A stretch of 64,000 nucleotides of DNA, from contig CAWDSK010000003.1 of NCBI GenBank assembly GCA_963804995.1, positions 1,024,001 to 1,088,000 on the forward strand. The letters are read 5' to 3'. The notes beneath the pieces were generated by a model, which had not been told where the DNA came from, did no database searches, and saw only the letters and a program-made list of their open reading frames with translations. Source of the stretch: an uncultured Acidobacteriota bacterium (lineage in GTDB: Bacteria > Acidobacteriota > Terriglobia > UBA7540). The translations under genes and the position numbers were made by a program. Shown here piece after piece: positions 11,334 through 20,623 of the stretch (position 1 is the stretch's first letter; each line of letters begins with the position of its first letter).

Positions 11334-12072
11334 GTGAAGACATGGGCACACATTAAAATCAGGTGGATTATTCTGTTGGCCGGATTGGCCCTGGCAACCG
11401 CACTGGTCGGGTGTAAGAGCAACCCGGTATCCTCCGAAACTTCCGGTAATGCGCCGAAACCCCAACCCTCGACCCCGGATACGACTGACGCAAGGCGGTT
11501 GAGCAACGGCGCGAATAAACTTCTCGACGCACTCACCAAGCCGACCAACTCCTTCCACTTCTCGTATAAAGGGCAGGTGAATATCAACGAGAAGTATTTT
11601 CGGGATAGAACCCAGGCGCCCCATGTGGGCCCAGTGAACGTGGAGGCAGACGTTTCCACCGGACGAACTTGATCTAGTGGAGACACGCGGTACAACCAGG
11701 AAGGAGTCCAAAGCCAAAAAGGGGGATGAAATGAAATTGGCTTTGGCGAACATGACGTTGCTGGGGCTCATGACCAATGTGAATTTCTCCATCGCGGTGG
11801 GCTCCACGGTGAGCTCCTTGCCGAGCAGCGACATGCTGGGAACGAGTTTGGCCGACAAATACACCTTCGACACGAAACAAGCCAATCCATCCCAAAAGAT
11901 GGGGCTCGACGTGGCCCGCGGGATGCTCGCCCCCATTCAGGAGTCGGCGGGCACGGCCTGGATCGCGAGGAATTCCGGCTTGCTGGTGAAATTCAATATC
12001 GACACGGACTACCTGGATAAGAACGGCCACGCCTGGAAAGAACACTACGAGGGTGAGGTAACCCCGAAGTAG
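11334..12072 (+). CDS. Hypothetical lipoprotein (frameshift near 11670)
   Basis: GTG start after AAGGAG; hydrophobic stretch ending in lipobox LVGC; continues into ORF 11677-12072. Confidence 0.65.
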
Positions 12073-12933
12073 CTCCCCACCCGAGGAGGAGACGCGCAGA
12101 GAGGAAGATCTTACTCTTCCCCGTAGGAAGAGAACATAGGGTTCCCCAACGGCCTTCTTCGGAGGCTAGACAGGCTACAGGGTGACGAAATGAAGATTTA
12201 AGGATTATCCTAACCCTGCCTTACCTGCCAACCGGAAGGCATGAAGACGCGTTGAGTCGCTTGACTGCCACAGCATTCTATGTATTTCCAATAACATACA
12301 AGGGATCCCGTGCGGGCCGGCGGCCGTTTCGCCCGTCCCCCCCCGAGCCATAGGCTACAAGTGCAGGGTTGGCCCCTCCCGGAAGTCGGCTAGACTCCGG
12401 AACAATATTTCTCTGCCGCCCAGCCTAACTCGCAGGCGGGGAGCAAAAGAGCCTGACCTCAACCTGAATACTGCCATGTCTCGCGGGCAGAAGGTTGTTG
12501 GGGGTCCTCCTCGAAACCTCGCCCAGGTGGGGCTAGGAGCACGAGCGGAGATCGGAGGACTAGAACGGCTAGAACGTGAGGTTCTTCCAGATGCGTTGTG
12601 CCTGGCCCCAGGGCTGCCAGGAGGGGACGGCAGGCGGGCGACCCAACTTCAGCACCCTCAGAAATGGAAAGCGCCCACGGGAAGCCGTAAGTCTCTATTA
12701 GATTGATACATTTGATATTAAGCCATACTTGCGATCAGCAATTTTTCCCATCTGCCCCGGGCCTCATTCCGAGAAAAACCCTGACATCCTATGGCAATGC
12801 AGAATCAAAACGGTGGCTAGAAAACAAAGGCTAGCCGTATTCTAAGAAGTAACCCGCGAGGGTATTCTGGCGAGGGCTAAGCCTTCCACAGAGTGGGTGA
12901 GCTCGATATCGGAGGGCACGGGGTCAAGTCGAC

Positions 12934-14058
12934 TTACGAATTCTTGAGCACGCGCTGGTAGAGGTCCTCATAAAGGGGGATGATGGTGCTACTGCAGAAA
13001 TTACGCTGGGCGCGCTGACGGGCAGCATGAGACATCTCGGCGTGACGTTCGGGGCTGGCAAGGATTTCGAGCGCGCAGGCCGCCATCTTCTGAACATCGC
13101 CGACTTCCACCAGGAAACCCTCCACGCCATCGCGCAGAACCTCCGGCACGCCACCCACGCGCGAGCAAACGGCCGGCACACCGCACGCCATCCCCTCCAG
13201 TGCCGCCAAACCGAACGATTCCAATTCGCTGGGCAGCAGAAGAACGTCTGCACAGTTCAGCAGGTCCTGCACCTGGTTCTGTTTGCCGAGGAATATCACA
13301 TCCTGAGCTATCTTCTTTTCGCGGACCATCCACTCGGCCACGGTGCGGTCCGGGCCGTCACCGATCATCAGCAGTTTGACGGGCATCTCTTGATGGACGC
13401 GGGCGAAGATTTCGACGACGTCGGGCACGCGCTTCACGGCGCGGAAATTCGAAAGATGGGCCAGGATTTTCTCGCCCCCCGGGGCAAACTCCTCACGACG
13501 GCATTTACCGCTGGCCGGACGGAAAACATCACAGTTGACGAAGTTGGGTACGACTTCAATCGGATTACGGATTTCAAACTCACGTATCGTGACTTGACGC
13601 AGGTATTCAGAAATCGCAGTGACCGCGTCACTTTCTTCGATGGAAAAGCGGGTGATCGGGAGGTAGGAACGGTCTACCCCGACCAGCGTGATGTCCGTGC
13701 CATGCAGTGTCGTGACGAAGGGTAGCCGCCGGGGTTTCAACATGGCGCGCGCCAGATAGGCACTGACCGAGTGCGGGATCGCGTAATGGACGTGCAGCAG
13801 ATCGAGCGATTCAGTGACCGCTACATTGGTCATGGCAGTCGCGAGCGCCAAGGTGTAAGGCGGATGATCGAAGAGCGGGTAGTTGAGCATTTCGACTTCG
13901 TGGAAGTGAATCCGTCCGGCGGCTTCGCTGATGCGCACCGGCATGGCGTAACTGATGAAATGCACTTCGTGCCCGCGCGCGGCGAGCTCGATGCCGAGTT
14001 CGGTCGCGACCACACCGCTTCCGCCATAAGTGGGGTAACAAGTGATGCCGATGCGCAT
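12934..14058 (-). CDS. bshA: N-acetyl-alpha-D-glucosaminyl L-malate synthase (GT4)
   Basis: IGITCYPTYGGSGVVATELG, HVHYAIPH, TTLHGTDITLVG, HLSNFRAVKRV, ESFGLAALE. Confidence 0.95.
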   Translation of the reverse strand: MRIGITCYPTYGGSGVVATELGIELAARGHEVHFISYAMPVRISEAAGRIHFHEVEMLNYPLFDHPPYTLALATAMTNVAVTESLDLLHVHYAIPHSVSAYLARAMLKPRRLPFVTTLHGTDITLVGVDRSYLPITRFSIEESDAVTAISEYLRQVTIREFEIRNPIEVVPNFVNCDVFRPASGKCRREEFAPGGEKILAHLSNFRAVKRVPDVVEIFARVHQEMPVKLLMIGDGPDRTVAEWMVREKKIAQDVIFLGKQNQVQDLLNCADVLLLPSELESFGLAALEGMACGVPAVCSRVGGVPEVLRDGVEGFLVEVGDVQKMAACALEILASPERHAEMSHAARQRAQRNFCSSTIIPLYEDLYQRVLKNS

Positions 14059-14099
14059 AGAGGTCCTGAGAAAGATGCCAGCCCGCCTGTTGCGCTGCG

Positions 14100-14604
14100 G
14101 CTACGAGGGGGGGCCTGCTTTTTGGATTCGCCGGCAAGAATTTCGATGCGTTTTACGGTGCGGTGATCGGCATGGAGCTCGAAGAAGACGATCACATTCG
14201 TGCCGGGAATGAGGTTGGCCGGCTTGAGCCGGGTGCCGTCAGTCGTTACTACCAGCGTACCCTTTTTGACGGGAAAAATCTCCGTGACGCCGCCCTCAAC
14301 CGAGTTGACATTCAGGATATTACGCTTTTCATCAAGGGATTGTACGGTGCCGCTGAAGGCTTGGTGTGAGGCAGCACTGGTGATCTTGTCGATGACCGGC
14401 AACTTGCTCGCGCCATGTTCCTGCGCGGTCGCCAGCATAACGGAAAGCAGCAAGGCGGAGGTCAGGAAGGCCAGCGGACGGCCCCAACCCCAGAGCGCGT
14501 CGAGACACGACACCCGGGGATTAACGTGCCTGGCAGTGAAAGAGGAAAGCAAAATCGGTATCAAGGTTGAACTCGTTACGGTGAATTCTCGGCTCGGCCT
14601 CATG
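14100..14604 (-). CDS. Hypothetical exported protein (OB-like beta domain); start uncertain
   Basis: Signal-like LTSALLLSVMLATA then FSGTVQSLD...VKRIEIL. The natural stop near 14100 appears to be bypassed by a G-homopolymer indel. Confidence 0.55.
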
Positions 14605-14791
14605 CTAGGCGAGCCCCGGCTAGCTGTCAAGTACTGCATCGTGAGGCGCCCTTCGGCACCTTTTGCGCCAAGCGTCCATCGTGCCTGGCAGAGTGGGCGC
14701 GCCACAGAGGCGGGAATAACTGAGGAAGGCGGAAATTCGTCCTGCACGTTTCCGAGAGCCGATGGGACGCAGACCCCACGAATGCTAAAGA

Positions 14792-15145
14792 TTACTCTTC
14801 TGAATTCGCCTCGCCTGTATGATGGCTGTCCCCCTCATGGTTTCCGCCGTTTTTGGATTCGCCCTCTTTGTGCATGTAGCGGATGCAGGATTTCATTATG
14901 AGGAGGTTCGGTTCGTTCTGGCGGTGGACCTTAATGCAGTTCCGGTCGTACCACTCGATCACGCCATGGATTATTTCACCCTGGTTTAACACAACCACCA
15001 TGGGTGTGCGCGACTGCATTTGCTTCACGTAATAGAAATTTTCAGCGTTCGTCTGGTCCGGCGGCGCGGGCTTCTTGCGCTGCATCCGCGAGCCAAGCTG
15101 GTCCTGTACATCAGACAGGGAAGGACGAATGAGTCGTCGATTCAT
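14792..15145 (-). CDS. Hfq/Sm-like RNA chaperone (divergent)
   Basis: ENFYYVKQMQSRTPMVVVLNQGEIIHGVIEWYDRNCIKV...LLIMKSCI aligns by eye to the Sm1/Sm2 motifs of Hfq. Confidence 0.75.
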   Translation of the reverse strand: MNRRLIRPSLSDVQDQLGSRMQRKKPAPPDQTNAENFYYVKQMQSRTPMVVVLNQGEIIHGVIEWYDRNCIKVHRQNEPNLLIMKSCIRYMHKEGESKNGGNHEGDSHHTGEANSEE

Positions 15146-15546
15146 GCTGGTTTACTCCTGGAGCCCAAACAGATGGGCACAGATTAATAGCTTCTCCCGG
15201 GTGAAATCGCCAAAGGCCACCTTTGTAGACGCCTGGCCCGTTGCAGCGGTTTCCTACGGCCAACACAGAAAGAACATACAAGGAAGATAGCCGCGAATGC
15301 ACTGCATACTAACATAGACTCCCATGAGCCGCAAATCGTTTTGACCGTAACGAGGGACTTTCATTATTCATTTGTCCGACAACGGATGGATATGGGCGTT
15401 TGGGATTCATAAATTGGATGACCCGGAGTTGTTTACCGTTGCCTGTCATCCGGCCGGGAAAGCGCCGGGGGCAAGATCAAACTCTTGTGCGCGATCCGGG
15501 GTGAAAGGCAGGTCTTCAGGTGGGGCCCGCGAGGAAGATCCGAAGG

Positions 15547-16629
15547 CTAGCCGGGCTTGCGGCCCGACATCATCTCGATGCCCAGAGTCTCGAAGCCCAG
15601 TTGGGGGTTAACATTGCGAATCTGCAAGCGATAGGCCTGATCGAGCCCGGCCTTTAGTCGCTCAATTCCCTCCAGGCCGAGCTTCGGGGCCCAGGCCTGA
15701 AGGCGCGGCTGCACGTCAATATTCACAACCACCTCGGGGGAGCTCGCCAACAAGACATGCAGTAGATCCGCCAGCACGGAATAACCAATTTCGAGCGTGC
15801 CGGCAAAGTCATCGCGATTTTCGGTGAGCCCACGGGCGGAGTCGAACAGCAGGCGCCAGTCCGGTGACGCCCCGGGAGCGGCGCGGCCCGCAGTGGCTTC
15901 CAGGAAATCCAGCCAGGGCTTGCGGCGACGCTCGTATTCAGAGGGGTCAAAGGCACGGGCGCGCGCCACGCTGCCCGCCGCCACGCGTGCGGCGAGAGCC
16001 AGTTGGGGCTTCGTGAAATCTTTCTCGCGGGCGAGAAGTTCCTGAATGAGCGGCTCCTCTACGGGCTGGAAAGGGAGGCGCTGACAACGCGAACGGATAG
16101 TCGAGCGCAACTCATTGGCATTCGGGCAAACCAGGATAAAGCGGGTCGTCTCCGGCGGTTCCTCCAGCACCTTGAGCAAGAGGTCAACGGCCTGCCAATG
16201 AATGGTCTGCGCGTCGTCGAGAATGAAGAGGCGGAGTGGGAACTCAAAGGGCCGCGTGTAAGCTATGGCGCGAAGTTGGCGGATCTGTTCCGTGAGAATG
16301 AATTTGGTGAACGGCTCAAGGATTTGGAAATCGAAGTAGACCAGGCCCTCCACGCGGCGGGCGGCCTCCTTGATTTCACGGCGCCGTGCCGAATCTTCCC
16401 GCGCGGCAGCGAACATCTGCTCAGCCTTGCGGCAGCGTGCGCAATGGCCGCAGAAATCTCGAGGGCCGGTCTCGCAAACCAGCGCCTTGGCCAGCATCAG
16501 GGCCAGGGTCTTCTTGCCCACGCCGTCCGGTCCGGTAAAAAGCAGGGCGCCCGGCACACGGCCAGTCACCAGCATTTCACGAACTGCGGCCACCGCCTGC
16601 GGATTACCGAGAAAAGAGTCGAAGCCCAT
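15547..16629 (-). CDS. holB: DNA polymerase III subunit delta'
   Basis: LLFTGPDGVGK, Zn module C...FCGHCARC, LLKVLEEPP, TIRSRCQ; start taken at MGFDSFLGN. Confidence 0.93.
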   Translation of the reverse strand: MGFDSFLGNPQAVAAVREMLVTGRVPGALLFTGPDGVGKKTLALMLAKALVCETGPRDFCGHCARCRKAEQMFAAAREDSARRREIKEAARRVEGLVYFDFQILEPFTKFILTEQIRQLRAIAYTRPFEFPLRLFILDDAQTIHWQAVDLLLKVLEEPPETTRFILVCPNANELRSTIRSRCQRLPFQPVEEPLIQELLAREKDFTKPQLALAARVAAGSVARARAFDPSEYERRRKPWLDFLEATAGRAAPGASPDWRLLFDSARGLTENRDDFAGTLEIGYSVLADLLHVLLASSPEVVVNIDVQPRLQAWAPKLGLEGIERLKAGLDQAYRLQIRNVNPQLGFETLGIEMMSGRKPG

Positions 16630-16832
16630 GTATTCCTCAGAGAAAGCCTTGGGTTTGTGTATCCGTCCTGTGAACTCACCTTTCCCCGGGTTTGTCACTT
16701 ACGTGCGATGGCGAGCTGGACACACATCTATGCGCCAGGGTTATTGCATAACAGTCAACCTTGTGGTGAAGCTGTTCGAGGGGGCCCAAACTCTAACGCA
16801 AAGACAACTGGACATTCTTTTGCATATTTTGT

Positions 16833-17423
16833 CTAGGCGCATTTCGAAATAGCCAACACGTCCCCAAGCTCCAGTCCCACCCTAGCACGGAGTTGGCGAT
16901 TCAGCTGGCGTTTCTGTAAGGGGATTGCTGACAATACGTAGAGGTACTCGTTCAGGTATTCATCAGTAGCCAAGGCGACGAACAATCGCTTAAGGTCGAG
17001 AGGCCTGACCACTATGCAATCACTGGGTAAGGTCCTGGTTGACGCTGCAAATTGGGGAGAGAATATAACCGAGAGTCTAGCGGGAGGCTTGTTGAGATGA
17101 CGTTGGGACAGTTGTTTTAGGCGGTGATCAGAACTCCCGTAGTACCCAAGGGCTCTGCCCCTCACATTCGAACCTGAGCGCAGCCGGAGGCTCAGATCGA
17201 TAATGTCGTAGTCTCTTCGGTGAGCCACCCGTAGAAAACTAAAACCGCTTGCACGCAAGTAGTCTTTGAGCGCAGGCCGGCACTGAGCCAGAGTTCCGGC
17301 TTTCCATTGATTTTCGAAGAACGCCTCGGCTGCTTGTATGTAGCGACGGTAAGTGTACCGATAATTAAGATACCTTTCAGTAAAATGGCTTACGAGATTA
17401 CGCAGAGGTGTTGAAGTTTGCAT
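16833..17423 (-). CDS. Hypothetical 196-aa protein, possibly a degenerate Mrr-like PD-(D/E)xK fold
   Basis: ATG at 17423 with AAAAGGAG inside the end of the upstream gene; YLRASGF...DIIDL...VIFSPQF...IVVRPLDLKRLF resembles the Mrr_cat pattern. Confidence 0.6.
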   Translation of the reverse strand: MQTSTPLRNLVSHFTERYLNYRYTYRRYIQAAEAFFENQWKAGTLAQCRPALKDYLRASGFSFLRVAHRRDYDIIDLSLRLRSGSNVRGRALGYYGSSDHRLKQLSQRHLNKPPARLSVIFSPQFAASTRTLPSDCIVVRPLDLKRLFVALATDEYLNEYLYVLSAIPLQKRQLNRQLRARVGLELGDVLAISKCA

Positions 17424-17427
17424 GCCG

Positions 17428-18198
17428 TTAACTCCTTTTCCTGCGCAAGAGAAGGACAATTCCCAATGCCGCCAAGGCGGCTCCACCTACGAGTGTCCGG
17501 GAGGGCAGTGGCAGGATTGCAAACAAACTCAAGAAAGCTGCAGCTACGACAGCACCGACCGCGGCCAGGAAAATCCATTCTTGAATCCTCTGGCTCACCG
17601 CAGTGAGAGCCTCCAGCCGCTCAAACCTGTAGTTGACTGTGCTTAAAGTAGAGGTCATCTCGTCCAGCCGTTGGCTGATCTCTATGATGCTATAAGAAAT
17701 CCGTTTCGGCACCGCCGGGGTTTGCTGGGGTTTGCTGATTTCCTCTCCGCCTTTGTACTTACAACTGGCCTGATTGTTGAGATGTTCGAACTCGCAGGTC
17801 GCAAGCGGGTCTTCATATACTAATTCGATCGGCGAATCTGTAATGTTTGCCAACGGGAAAAAAAGTAAACCGTTGTAGCCGGGGTCAATGAGCCCGCCAG
17901 AGTAAAATAACCCACGAAGTTGATGAAAGGAGCGCAACGATAGCCGACCTGCCATATTCTGCGGTAGCTTAATCTTCTCCCGACTCGATACAATGCAGGA
18001 CTGGCCGGGCTGCAAACTAAACGAACGTTGGATAATTAGTGAGTAACCACGAAGTCCATCTGGATGTGCAACGATTACGGTTTCTCCGATCCTGAAGTCA
18101 TAAGATGCGCCCTTTAGGCGGTTAGGTTCGAAAGGGGATATAAGACCTTGTTCCTCGGCGGCGGCTTCAATTTCTGTATCAACAAGTGTCTTACCCAT
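17428..18198 (-). CDS. dCTP deaminase/dUTPase-fold protein with C-terminal coiled coil and two TM helices
   Basis: ISPFEP...ASYDFRIG, LQPGQ, EKIKLP, LRS, GLIDPGYNG; then heptad segment ISQRLDEMTSTLSTVNYRFERLE, two hydrophobic helices and an RRKRS tail. Confidence 0.85.
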   Translation of the reverse strand: MGKTLVDTEIEAAAEEQGLISPFEPNRLKGASYDFRIGETVIVAHPDGLRGYSLIIQRSFSLQPGQSCIVSSREKIKLPQNMAGRLSLRSFHQLRGLFYSGGLIDPGYNGLLFFPLANITDSPIELVYEDPLATCEFEHLNNQASCKYKGGEEISKPQQTPAVPKRISYSIIEISQRLDEMTSTLSTVNYRFERLEALTAVSQRIQEWIFLAAVGAVVAAAFLSLFAILPLPSRTLVGGAALAALGIVLLLRRKRS

Positions 18199-18205
18199 GT
18201 CGCCA

Positions 18206-18921
18206 TCACCTCTTGTCAGTTTCGACGCTTTCGATCAAGTCCAGTTGCTCCGAAGAATCATATCCAGACTCTGAGAAAGCTCGCTTCACAATAGTGAAAA
18301 TGTTCTTGCGGACAACCTCAATCGGCTCATTGCCATCGACTGTGAAAATCTTATGTCCTTCCGATTGCAGCCGCTTGATGCAAGTTTGGTAGTTGTCGCG
18401 AACAAGGGTCAGCCTTCCTATATCCTCGAATAGTTCCACGTGCCAACGCTGTGCATCCATCCTTTTCTTTGCTATCTCAGACGGCACGTCCAAGAAGATA
18501 GTGACATCAGGGGGCAGACACTTGAGGTTTATTTGACGGACCCACTCAAACTCTAAGTCGACGCTCTGATATGCGAAGCTGGAAAGCCAGTACCGATCAG
18601 CAACTACGGTTATCCCCTTCTCGAGTTTTGGAAGAATATCTGTTGCAAGATGGTCCATTCTGTCCGCAGCAAACATTAGTGCCATGGCGGCTGAGTCGAG
18701 ACTAGAATAGCCACCTTGCGACGCAGTTGTGGAGTTTGTGGGAGAAAAGAGGCGCCTAGACAAAGCGAGGCGGATGATGGCGCCAACAGGGCCAGCGGTT
18801 GGCTCCTTGGTTAAGTACGAGAGTCTGTTTTGTTTGTCAAGCCACTTCTTGAGTAACTCAGCCTGAGTCGTGATGCCCGACCCGTCTGTTCCCTGAGCAC
18901 TATGAACCTACCCCGAGCCAT
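18206..18921 (-). CDS. tmk: Divergent thymidylate kinase (1-bp frameshift near 18895)
   Basis: MARGRFIVL[E]GTDGSGITTQ...TKEPT...LMFAADRMDH...VADRYWLSSFAYQ...PDVTIFLDV. The ORF track captures only 18206-18763. Confidence 0.85.
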
Positions 18922-19042
18922 CTGTCACCCCTTCGGAAAATTGGAATTCAACATCGTGAAGCGCGCATATCTTACCACACGCCGCAGTCGAGCTCTCGTT
19001 TTCACAAATACAAGTATGCCACACTGTACCTCGCATATATCC

Positions 19043-19192
19043 TTACTCTTTGGCATTTCGCACATTTCTCACAACGTCCCGACTCCAATATACATAGCCC
19101 CCTCGAAGCGAGCGCTGAAACGGAAATCGAAGCTGCGTGCTCTTGCCGGTGCCGTCAATCCCTTCGAAAGTGATGAAGAGGCCGGGTTGCAT
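19043..19192 (-). pseudogene. tmk: 5' stub of the native thymidylate kinase
   Basis: Manual translation MQPGLFITFEGIDGTGKSTQLRFPFQRSLRGGYVYWSRDVVRNVRNAKE*: canonical TMK P-loop, then loss of homology and a stop after 49 aa. Confidence 0.85.
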
Positions 19193-19477
19193 TGTTCGCT
19201 TGCCCTTTGTCAGTTGTCCGTTGTCAGTTGCGCGGGTCGCGACTGCGGATTACAGGGTTTGGGATTCAGGTCACACCCCTTGGGTTCAGCCATGTCACCC
19301 GAACCCATCAACGGACGACGCACTACGGACGTCTTTCTAATCCTGCATCCTAACACTCGCCGTGTGGCCGTAACAAGCTGCGAACGCGCGAGGCAACGAA
19401 TGGTAGAATGGCATCGTTTCAATTCGTCATCAGGTATCGGGAATGTGCGCCCCGCTCGACCGAGGTGAAGTCTTCCC

Positions 19478-20179
19478 ATGGAGAATGTAATCAGCATTAC
19501 AGAAAACGTGGCGCGCGTCGAAGAGCGCATCACCGCCGCCTGCCGGCGCAGCGGCCGCAAACGCGAGGAGGTGCGTCTGGTGGCAGTTTCGAAAACGCAT
19601 CCGCCAGAGCAAATTCGCGCGGCCTTTGATGCGGGCCTGCGTGACTTCGGTGAAAACCGGGTGCAGGAAGCAAAGGCCAAGCGGCCGGCGCTGGCAGACT
19701 TGGCCATTACCTGGCACCTGGTGGGGCATCTCCAAACCAACAAGGCGGGGGCCGCGCGCGAAATGTTCCATTGGGTACATTCTGTGGATTCTTGGCGCCT
19801 GGCTGAGAAGCTCGCGCAGCTCGCCTCGCCAGACGCTGCGCCCTTACCGGTGCTAATGGAAGTGAATTTGGGTGAGGAGGCATCCAAAGCGGGCATGCGC
19901 GTGGCCGATGTGCTGGATAGCGCTGCGCAGATTGGTCAGCTTCGAACGCTCGACCTGCGTGGCCTGATGGTGATTCCTCCGTTTCTCGAGGATCCCGAAC
20001 AGGTCCGGCCGTACTTCCGGCAATTACGCAGACTGGCGCGTGAGATTGAGGCGCACAACTTGCCGAACGTCTCGATGCGCGAACTTTCCATGGGCATGAG
20101 CCACGATTTCGAAGTGGCCATCGAAGAAGGCGCCACGATCGTACGCGTGGGAACGGCAATCTTTGGAGCGCGTGGTTAG
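19478..20179 (+). CDS. yggS: PLP homeostasis protein, YggS family
   Basis: LVAVSKT, FGENRVQE, WHLVGHLQTNK, LSMGMSHDFEVAIEEGATIVRVGTAIFG. Confidence 0.96.
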   Translation: MENVISITENVARVEERITAACRRSGRKREEVRLVAVSKTHPPEQIRAAFDAGLRDFGENRVQEAKAKRPALADLAITWHLVGHLQTNKAGAAREMFHWVHSVDSWRLAEKLAQLASPDAAPLPVLMEVNLGEEASKAGMRVADVLDSAAQIGQLRTLDLRGLMVIPPFLEDPEQVRPYFRQLRRLAREIEAHNLPNVSMRELSMGMSHDFEVAIEEGATIVRVGTAIFGARG

Positions 20180-20302
20180 GAATGCAGGATTTCGACCCGG
20201 GGTTGGAACAATGCTCCCAATAGCCTGGTGCAAGTTTGTTAATCGCTGAAACCTGACCGATGAGTACTGCATGCTGACACCTGGCACCTGACACCTTTTC
20301 AT

Positions 20303-20623
20303 ATGCCGGAATTCCAAATCGAACGCGAAAACGTGAGCTTCTGGTTGCGCGTCAAACCGCGTGCGGCCCGCGAGCGACTGACAGTGGACGCCTCCGGTGA
20401 GCTGCGCCTGGAGATCCACGCGCCTCCCACCGAGGGTCGCGCCAATGAGTCCTGCGTGCTATTCTTCGCCCGTGCTTTGCGCTTGCCCCAAGCTTGTGTT
20501 GTCATCCTCTCCGGCCACAAAGCGCGGCGCAAGTTGCTGCGCGTGACGGGGCGGTCGGCTGAAGAGACCGTTACACAGCTCAAAATCCTTGCGGCAGTGC
20601 CCGGGGACGGGAGGCCACGTTGA
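20303..20623 (+). CDS. DUF167/YggU family protein
   Basis: LRVKPRA...APPTEGRAN...ILSGHKARRK; downstream of yggS. Confidence 0.9.
   Translation: MPEFQIERENVSFWLRVKPRAARERLTVDASGELRLEIHAPPTEGRANESCVLFFARALRLPQACVVILSGHKARRKLLRVTGRSAEETVTQLKILAAVPGDGRPR

Noticed and set aside
12073..12930. Possible tRNA, ncRNA or att site in a long intergenic region
   Set aside because: No cloverleaf, riboswitch motif or convincing ORF recognised.
13830..14747. 305-aa ORF overlapping bshA
   Set aside because: The C-terminal extension arises from a probable homopolymer indel near 14105; the real gene ends near 14100.
16775..19107. 11-bp inverted repeat (TTCGAGGGGGC / GCCCCCTCGAA) as terminal repeats of the tmk cassette
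   Set aside because: It is short and does not extend, no target duplication or transposase is present, and the right copy may be part of the decayed tmk coding sequence (RGGY). Suggestive only.
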